Below are positions 1 through 5,260 of a stretch of DNA of 31,154 bases, piece by piece. Where the stretch lies: positions 1 to 31,154 of the IMG/VR virus record IMGVR_UViG_3300007545_000014. The stretch is one strand, 5' to 3'. Every line of letters starts with the position of its first letter. Positions within the stretch are counted from its first letter, which is position 1. A model generated the notes under the pieces. That model ran no database searches. It was not told where the DNA came from and was given only the letters and a program-made list of their open reading frames with translations. The position numbers were made by a program, and so were the translations under genes. The DNA is from a virus (lineage: Duplodnaviria > Caudoviricetes).

Positions 1-465
1 ATCTGGAAGCAGGTCGGTGAAGCGACCAAAGCCGAAGACGACCACCAGCGTCATCAGGCTCTTGAAGTCATCCTAAAAGATTGCTTGAAGAAGGTCAGCG
101 ACTACAACCAAAACCAGACGCTCAAGCGTGACTCGTACGACCTCCACCTCTCAGTCTACGCAGGTCGCTTCGCTGGTCTGTACTCCTATGGCTCAGACCG
201 ACTCGCTGGCATCCGCTACCTCTCGTTCTACGAGGTCAGCCGTGAGTGCTACAGCCCAGCCGAAGGCGGTTGCTGGTACGACCGCCACACCCTAGTCGCC
301 ACCTTCCCCGTGAGCCACTTCCTGAACTACGGTGAGCGGGACTACGATGTGCTCCTAGCCGTAGCCGCTGGTGAAGCCGCTCGGATGGAACTCAACTACG
401 ATGCCATCCGACTGGAGACCTTCCCAGCCGAATTCCAGACCCTCCGCACCCCGATTTACCAGTAA
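1..465 (+). CDS. Hypothetical phage protein, 5'-truncated by the window edge
   Basis: Frame 1 is open from base 1 (IWKQVGEATKAEDD...) to TAA at 463-465, so the track's start at 85 is probably internal. Codons are biased to C-endings. The C-terminal part (YEVSRECYSPAEGGCWY) resembles the 'YGGPEEGGW' family of small phage proteins (from memory). Confidence 0.7.
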   Translation: MWKQVGEATKAEDDHQRHQALEVILKDCLKKVSDYNQNQTLKRDSYDLHLSVYAGRFAGLYSYGSDRLAGIRYLSFYEVSRECYSPAEGGCWYDRHTLVATFPVSHFLNYGERDYDVLLAVAAGEAARMELNYDAIRLETFPAEFQTLRTPIYQ

Positions 466-497
466 GCCTGACCCCCTCAATAGTCCACCCCAGTTAG

Positions 498-519
498 CCT
501 CAGGTAGCCACTCCTGAGG
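498..519 (+). terminator. Hairpin downstream of the first CDS (possible terminator or processing site)
   Basis: CCTCAGG(498-504)/CCTGAGG(513-519) stem with an 8-nt loop. There is no U-tract, so terminator function is uncertain. Confidence 0.3.
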
Positions 520-582
520 TCTAGCCGTGTCTACATACCAACTAGACCGTCCTAGCCGCTCCAGAGACCAGCCAGACCCTTT

Positions 583-899
583 AAATCCATATGTGAACTG
601 ATGTTCAGTATGGGTTTTGAACCTGTTGATGGATTCGGAGGCTTTACCCCATAAGGAACGGTTCATTTCCGACTGAACCCTGATAACCTGACCAAAGATG
701 TCACCTTAAGGGGGCGGGGGGGGTGGCTCTTTTACTATTGGTTCGTTTTTTTATCAGGTTCACTCAGACATTTTTTATTCGCAAATAGCGAACAGGAAAA
801 CTTTTTTAACCCTTAGAGCATTTTAGGCTTGACTCAATTTTTTTTCACCCCCCTAGTACCCCCTGTTATTTACCCCCTCAGTCCCCCAATTCTGGGGGA
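583..899. other. Structured non-coding region with hairpins, a G-run, T-tracts and C-tracts (candidate packaging, terminus or origin region)
   Basis: Hairpin at 583-617, six TGAAC/GTTCA motifs, G5CG8TGG at 710-726, several T5-T8 tracts, four C5-C6 tracts at 848-887 and hairpin TCCCCCA/TGGGGGA at 882-899. No convincing ORF. Confidence 0.45.
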
Positions 900-977
900 A
901 GGGATTTCGATGAATTAGAAAGAATTGGTTTGACTATAAGAAAGTACTTGAACATACAGCAGGAGTTCTTTGACTTT

Positions 978-1049
978 GCCTTGTTAGCACAGCGGTAGTG
1001 CGTCTGTTTTGTAAACAGAAGGTCGTAGGTTCAAATCCTACACAAGGCT
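978..1049 (+). tRNA. trnT: tRNA-Thr(UGU)
   Basis: Acceptor GCCTTGT/ACAAGGC; anticodon arm TCTGT-TT TGT AA-ACAGA; T arm GTAGG TTCAAAT CCTAC. No encoded CCA. Confidence 0.93.
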
Positions 1050-1055
1050 TACTTT

Positions 1056-1171
1056 GCGGGGTCGTTTTTGTTACGAGTACATTATTAGCAGAACCAATGG
1101 TTCAATGGTTTAAAACACGGTCATAGGAAGTTCTGAATATAGTACGAGGGGTTAGACTCCCCTCCCCCGCC
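1056..1171 (+). ncRNA. tRNA-like RNA with an extended arm replacing the anticodon arm (mini-tmRNA-like)
   Basis: GCGGGG(1056-61)/CCCCGC(1165-70); TCGT/ACGA hairpin; long arm GTAC/GTAC, TATT/AATA, CAGAAC/GTTCTG; T-like arm GAGGGG TTAGACT CCCCTC. It sits in the tRNA array with the same short T-rich spacers as its neighbours. Confidence 0.7.
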
Positions 1172-1177
1172 CTTTTA

Positions 1178-1249
1178 CGACCTATAGTTCAACGGATAGA
1201 ACACCCGCCTTCTAAGCGGGTCATCTAGGTTCGATTCCTAGTGGGTCGA
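1178..1249 (+). tRNA. trnR: tRNA-Arg(UCU)
   Basis: Acceptor CGACCTA/TGGGTCG; anticodon arm CCCGC-CT TCT AA-GCGGG; T arm CTAGG TTCGATT CCTAG; A20 identity element in the D loop. Confidence 0.93.
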
Positions 1250-1253
1250 TTTT

Positions 1254-1319
1254 GACGCATTAGTTTAAGTTGAATTCCGTTTATCGGAGGAAAGAGGTTA
1301 AAGTTCCTCTTATGCGTCC
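1254..1319 (+). ncRNA. Shortened tRNA-like RNA or pseudo-tRNA with a TTA-centred mini anticodon loop
   Basis: Perfect 7-bp acceptor GACGCAT/ATGCGTC; reduced D arm without GG; arm TCCG-TTTAT-CGGA; T-like arm AAGAGG TTAAAGTT CCTCTT. Confidence 0.6.
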
Positions 1320-1323
1320 TTCT

Positions 1324-1394
1324 ACCCTGATGGTGTAACGGTAGCACAGGAGTTTTTGGTACTCCTTGTCGGGGTTCAAATCCCTGTCAGGGTT
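1324..1394 (+). tRNA. trnQ: tRNA-Gln(UUG)
   Basis: Acceptor ACCCTGA/TCAGGGT; D arm TGGTGTAACGGTAGCAC; anticodon arm GGAGT-TT TTG GT-ACTCC; T arm CGGGG TTCAAAT CCCTG. Confidence 0.92.
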
Positions 1395-1399
1395 CTTTA

Positions 1400-1472
1400 G
1401 GGATTGTAACTCAATGGTTAGAGTAGTCGCCTTTTAAGCGATTTGTTGCTGGTTCAAGTCCAGTCAGTCCCA
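1400..1472 (+). tRNA. trnK: tRNA-Lys(UUU)
   Basis: Acceptor GGGATTG/CAGTCCC; anticodon arm GTCGC-CT TTT AA-GCGAT; T arm GCTGG TTCAAGT CCAGT. Confidence 0.93.
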
Positions 1473-1477
1473 CCTTC

Positions 1478-1550
1478 ACGGCAGTAACTCAATTGGCAGA
1501 GTGTCTGCTTTCCAAGCAGGATGTTGCGGGTTCGACCCCCGCTTGCCGTA
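1478..1550 (+). tRNA. trnG: tRNA-Gly(UCC)
   Basis: Acceptor ACGGCAG/TTGCCGT; anticodon arm TCTGC-TT TCC AA-GCAGG; T arm GCGGG TTCGACC CCCGC. Confidence 0.9.
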
Positions 1551-1555
1551 CTTTC

Positions 1556-1628
1556 GGGCGTGTAACTCAGCGGTTAGAGTGGAGTCTTTATAAGGCTTAA
1601 GTCGAGGGTTCGATTCCCTTCACGCCCA
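1556..1628 (+). tRNA. trnI: tRNA-Ile(UAU)
   Basis: Acceptor GGGCGTG/CACGCCC, discriminator A; anticodon arm GAGTC-TT TAT AA-GGCTT; T arm GAGGG TTCGATT CCCTT. Confidence 0.9.
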
Positions 1629-1633
1629 CCTTT

Positions 1634-1718
1634 AGAGGGGTGGCAGAGAGGTTTATTGCTCCAGTCTTGAAAACTGGCGTGGGGAAACCCACCGTGGGTT
1701 CAAATCCCACCCCCTCTG
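1634..1718 (+). tRNA. trnS: tRNA-Ser(UGA)
   Basis: Acceptor AGAGGGG/CCCCTCT, discriminator G; anticodon arm CCAGT-CT TGA AA-ACTGG; long variable arm GTGGG GAAA CCCAC; T arm GTGGG TTCAAAT CCCAC. Confidence 0.93.
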
Positions 1719-1722
1719 CCTT

Positions 1723-1771
1723 TCGACATATTGCTTGACTCTTGTCGATTCATCGACCAGATATCGACATA
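1723..1771 (+). promoter_or_regulatory. Candidate operator/promoter: four TCGA-core repeats around a TTGACT -35-like hexamer
   Basis: TCGACATA at 1723 and 1764, TGTCGA at 1743, TCGACC at 1753 and TTGACT at 1735-1740. No clear -10 element. Confidence 0.45.
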
Positions 1772-2169
1772 TGAACGAGAAAGAACTCTCTATAGCCTTA
1801 GGTCTTTCAAAAGACATCTTACGCCAATTTCGCTCATCTTATGAGGAAGTTGTTCATTGGACACGCATTGAATCTAAGCGTCCTAAACATCTCTGGGAGA
1901 TTTCTTGGACAGAGGAAGGTGTTCGTGCTCTCAAGGAAAATATCGGCTTCAAGGAGGTCGATTTGACTGTTTCCCCTGCGGAGAAACAGGGAACAGTTTA
2001 CTGCAAATACAAGAATCCCCGTGTAATCGGAGTGGTGATTGATGGCAAGCAGGAAAATGTAATTTGCCGTGAATCGACCAAATTTGGCATTGGTATGGCA
2101 GTCAAGGTACGCTGGGACGGTGCTCGCTGGGTTGTTACCCGCCACCCTCGCTTTATCGGTAAATATTAA
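1771..2169 (+). CDS. Putative HTH/winged-helix DNA-binding protein (132 aa)
   Basis: The ATG at 1771 gives MNEKELSIALGLSKDILRQFR, an HTH-like N-terminus, followed by a beta-rich C-terminal part. The track's TTG start at 1735 lies inside the repeat element. Confidence 0.6.
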   Translation: MNEKELSIALGLSKDILRQFRSSYEEVVHWTRIESKRPKHLWEISWTEEGVRALKENIGFKEVDLTVSPAEKQGTVYCKYKNPRVIGVVIDGKQENVICRESTKFGIGMAVKVRWDGARWVVTRHPRFIGKY

Positions 2170-2177
2170 TTTTTATT

Positions 2178-2771
2178 ATGGCACAACCTAACAAACAACC
2201 ACCTGTTGAGTTCAGGGGGATGACTGGTAACGATACTTTCTCAATCCACACCCCGCAAGGCTCTAAGTGGGCTAAGGTTGGTCAGTCTGTTGGCGGTTAC
2301 CTCATCAGCGGGTACGACACCAAGACGCAGAACCTGCAAATCACTCAAAGCGGAAGACACTACACCATCCCTATGGGGGGTAGCATCATCACGGAGTACA
2401 AACCTCCTTCGGCTACTATTGAGCGTCCTTACACAGTAGACCCCACCGAAATGATTCCTCTTGAAAGACCTATTGCTAAGGATGCTGTGGTTGGGGCTGG
2501 GGCTACAAGCAACTGGGAACAAGAATTTGTTAACTCGCAACATTATAAGTTTAAGCCAGAAGAGGTAGACAAGATTATTGAGAACTCAAAAAAGAGTTCC
2601 TATATGACTGAAGAGCAAAAGAAAAACATTATGTCGCTAGAGGCATATCATAAAAATATTGCAGAAAAGAAAATTCTTCCAGACACAGACTATTATATCC
2701 CTAAGCGTTCTGATGATGGTAGCGTTGATTTTGACATCTTTAAATATAAACCACAAGGAGAGATTCAGTAA
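2178..2771 (+). CDS. Hypothetical protein with an N-terminal PilP/GspC-HR-like beta domain
   Basis: 197-aa ORF with an AT-rich leader. The pattern VEFRG..FSI..SKWAKVGQSVGGYLISGYD...LQI..GR..TIPM resembles PilP/GspC homology-region domains (recognised by eye). Confidence 0.55.
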   Translation: MAQPNKQPPVEFRGMTGNDTFSIHTPQGSKWAKVGQSVGGYLISGYDTKTQNLQITQSGRHYTIPMGGSIITEYKPPSATIERPYTVDPTEMIPLERPIAKDAVVGAGATSNWEQEFVNSQHYKFKPEEVDKIIENSKKSSYMTEEQKKNIMSLEAYHKNIAEKKILPDTDYYIPKRSDDGSVDFDIFKYKPQGEIQ

Positions 2772-2772
2772 T

Positions 2773-3468
2773 ATGGCAAAGAAAGCGGCAAAAAAACCTG
2801 TAGCAACAGACCCTATATATAATTACGGTTGGATTGATAATGAGATTATTGAAATGAACCAAGAAGGGTTCACGGATGCAAACACTCAAAAAAATCTGTT
2901 AAGACATATGCTTGCTGAGGGTGGTCCGAAAATGCGGATGAAAGAAACATACAACGGGACTCCAGAAGAATACTTCACAAAGATGTATGGTGCAAAAACT
3001 ACTGCTGGCAAAAACCTAGGAAACAAGACAGATGCAGATGCTGTTAAGTATTATGGAAGAGGGTTCATTCATCTTACTGGAAGATACAACTACGAGCGTC
3101 TTGCTAAACTAACTGGAATTGACATCGTCAATAACCCAGACCTTGCGGCAGAACCAGCGAACGCTCGTAAGATAATGTACGCTTATCTTAAGGATAGAGC
3201 AAAGACACATAAACTAGACCTCAACAATCCTGAGCATTTGCACAAAGCAATTGCACCAAAAGAGAATTGGCAACAACGACAAGCCCGTGTTCTTCCTATT
3301 TCAGATATGGATTATTCTGTTAATGTACCAGTCCCTCCAAATCCAAATCCACAACCTCCAGCAGACCGCACAGGAAAAACCCCTCTAGGTCAAAGAATGA
3401 CATATGCTCAATTCCTAAAAGAGCAAGGCGGTGGCATAACGCCAGACACAACTCCACCCGCTAGATGA
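2773..3468 (+). CDS. Glycoside hydrolase family 19 (chitinase-like) endolysin or peptidoglycan hydrolase
   Basis: GH19 signature NLGN..DAVKYYGRGFIHLTGRYNY...GIDIVNNPDLAA, with a candidate catalytic Glu in HMLAEGG. The start is likely the ATG at 2773, just after the upstream TAA. Confidence 0.85.
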   Translation: MAKKAAKKPVATDPIYNYGWIDNEIIEMNQEGFTDANTQKNLLRHMLAEGGPKMRMKETYNGTPEEYFTKMYGAKTTAGKNLGNKTDADAVKYYGRGFIHLTGRYNYERLAKLTGIDIVNNPDLAAEPANARKIMYAYLKDRAKTHKLDLNNPEHLHKAIAPKENWQQRQARVLPISDMDYSVNVPVPPNPNPQPPADRTGKTPLGQRMTYAQFLKEQGGGITPDTTPPAR

Positions 3469-5066
3469 ACCTAACGCCTCACCCAGTTCTATTGATGCCT
3501 ACCACGGAAGATGTCCGTAGGTTGGTTGATAAGGTTGGTGAGGAAAAAACGGCTGAAATTCTTTCCATCCGAGAGGATAAAATCCTTGCGGAGAAACTAG
3601 ACCCTTACAGGCACGGGTTTGACCTTCCTCATTGGCTTGAAGCAGATGAGATGCTTAAGAAAAACAACGAAGTTCTTATTCTTGGTGGAAACCGTGCCTC
3701 TAAAACAGAGTGGGCGGCAAAGCGTGTAGTCCAAACCTTGATTAACACAAAGGATGCTAGAGTGTGGTGTCTGCACACGACCAATCAGTCGTCAATTCAG
3801 ATGCAACAGAATGTTATCCATAAGTACTTGCCATCTGAGTTCAAGGATTTGCGTAAAAACAAGGTTCAGAATGTATCGTACACGCAAAAAAACGGTTTTT
3901 CTGACAACACTTTTATTCTACCTAACAAAAGCCAATGCTTCTTTATGAATTACGCTCAAAAGCGTGATGTTATTGAGGGTGGCGAGGTAGATTTGATTTG
4001 GTGCGATGAATTAGTGCCTTTAGATTGGATTGAAACCCTGAGGTATCGTATTGTTACTCGTTTTGGTAAGTTAATCACAACATTCACACCAATCACGGGG
4101 TACAGTAGCGTTGTAAAAGAGTATGTAAGCGGTGCTAAGATACTTGAGCACCGTAAAAGCCCGCTCTTGCCAGATAACATCAATGTGAACGGATGCCCAA
4201 GGGGTCATATGCCTTATAAGGCACAATCTTATGTTCGTCCTGCTGGCGTTATGTGGTTTCACAGCGAACTTAACCCGTACAACCCATTTGAACAGTTAAA
4301 GAAGACTCTGATGGGCAAGAAACCTTACGAAGTTAAGATTCGTGCGTATGGTTGGGCTGACAACATCAGCGGTAGTCAATTTCCAAGATTTACCCCAGAG
4401 GTCAATATTATTAAGTCAGAAAACATTCCAGTCGAGGGTACTAACTATATGGTTGTAGACCCTGCTGGTGCTAGAAACTGGTTTATCATCTGGGCAAAGG
4501 TAACACAAGACGGGGATGTCATTGTCTACAGAGAGTTCCCAGACGAATCAGAGGGCGAGTGGGCGTTACCTGCTGGAGAGCCAGACGGGAAGGCTGGAAC
4601 AGCCCAAAGAAACGGAGCAGGACGCTCACTAGCCGACTACAAGCAACTTATTCTAGACCTTGAGAGCGGAGAAGAGATATCTGAGAGATATATCGACCCC
4701 CGTGCAGGTGGAACTAAGGCTGTAACAGAAGATGGAGGAGTTACTTTAATTGATATGCTTGATGACGGGGAAGTGCCTATGCATTTTATCCCAGCCGCAG
4801 GAATTAGGATTGAACAAGGCGTTACTTTAATTAATGACGGCTTTGCCTATGATATGTCCCAAGACATCAGCCCGTTGAATAAACCTAAACTATACATCTC
4901 AGACAAATGTCAAAATCTAATATACTGCATCAAGGAGTGGACTGGTCAAGATGGCGACAAGGGAGCAACGAAAGACCCAATAGACTGCCTTCGATACCTA
5001 ATGACTATGAATCCTGTTTACATTTCGGACAGCACAATGCGTGGAACGGGTGGAGGAAGTTACTAA
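3465..5066 (+). CDS. terL: Terminase large subunit
   Basis: Walker A-like ILGGNRASKT, Walker B LIWCDE, coupling motif TFTP, and RNase H-like nuclease acidic motifs VVDPAG, YIDP and KDPIDCLRY. It lies upstream of the portal. Confidence 0.93.
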   Translation: MNLTPHPVLLMPTTEDVRRLVDKVGEEKTAEILSIREDKILAEKLDPYRHGFDLPHWLEADEMLKKNNEVLILGGNRASKTEWAAKRVVQTLINTKDARVWCLHTTNQSSIQMQQNVIHKYLPSEFKDLRKNKVQNVSYTQKNGFSDNTFILPNKSQCFFMNYAQKRDVIEGGEVDLIWCDELVPLDWIETLRYRIVTRFGKLITTFTPITGYSSVVKEYVSGAKILEHRKSPLLPDNINVNGCPRGHMPYKAQSYVRPAGVMWFHSELNPYNPFEQLKKTLMGKKPYEVKIRAYGWADNISGSQFPRFTPEVNIIKSENIPVEGTNYMVVDPAGARNWFIIWAKVTQDGDVIVYREFPDESEGEWALPAGEPDGKAGTAQRNGAGRSLADYKQLILDLESGEEISERYIDPRAGGTKAVTEDGGVTLIDMLDDGEVPMHFIPAAGIRIEQGVTLINDGFAYDMSQDISPLNKPKLYISDKCQNLIYCIKEWTGQDGDKGATKDPIDCLRYLMTMNPVYISDSTMRGTGGGSY

Positions 5067-5260
5067 TGGAACTTTATTTTCCTTGCTTACTTCCAAGAAA
5101 AAAAGCAATGCTTTGTTCTGGACTTTCAAGAACCCTTCTTGAACAACTTGCTAAAACGGGTGTTATAAGAACATATACCACAAAAGGCAACCATAAACGA
5201 TACTTTCGAGACGACTTAATTAATTTTATTAATGAAAAAATACAACAACAACGCAGATAA
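5066..5260 (+). CDS. Small excisionase/MerR-like HTH protein (64 aa)
   Basis: The ATG overlaps the terL stop (TAATG). LLPRKKAMLCSGLSRTLLEQLAKTGVIRTYTTKGNHKRYFRDDL matches the HTH_17/Xis-type pattern (GxxRRY-like wing). Confidence 0.75.
   Translation: MELYFPCLLPRKKAMLCSGLSRTLLEQLAKTGVIRTYTTKGNHKRYFRDDLINFINEKIQQQRR

Noticed and set aside
250-264. YSPAE in the first CDS, matching the giant-protein module motif
   Set aside because: It is a single occurrence, better explained as a variant of that family's YGGPEEGGW motif.
355-666. 103-aa minus-strand ORF
   Set aside because: It overlaps the + strand gene and the hairpin-rich non-coding region, and has no recognisable motifs.
929-960. Sigma70 promoter for the tRNA array (TTGACT at about 929-934)
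   Set aside because: There is no convincing -10 hexamer at 16-18 bp spacing, so it cannot be supported from sequence alone.
1077-1145. Self-splicing or bulge-helix-bulge intron in a normal tRNA
   Set aside because: It is far too short for a group I intron and has no clear BHB motif. Removing it does not restore a canonical anticodon arm or D/T consensus.
1254-1319. Functional ochre suppressor implying stop-codon reassignment
   Set aside because: Genes are intact in the standard code and mostly end in TAA with coupled downstream starts. The anticodon arm is also truncated.
1735-1770. TTG start extension of the HTH gene
   Set aside because: The extension runs through the TCGAC repeat element, and the ATG at 1771 starts right at the HTH-like sequence.
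2659-2772. Hydrophobic N-terminal extension of the GH19 ORF (looks like a SAR or signal anchor)
   Set aside because: It overlaps the upstream gene by 113 nt from a TTG start. The ATG at 2773 follows the genome-typical TAATATG, so the hydrophobicity is probably an off-frame artefact.
4907-5065. N-terminal half of the 117-aa ORF
   Set aside because: It lies within terL in another frame. The TAATG-coupled ATG at 5066 is the better start.
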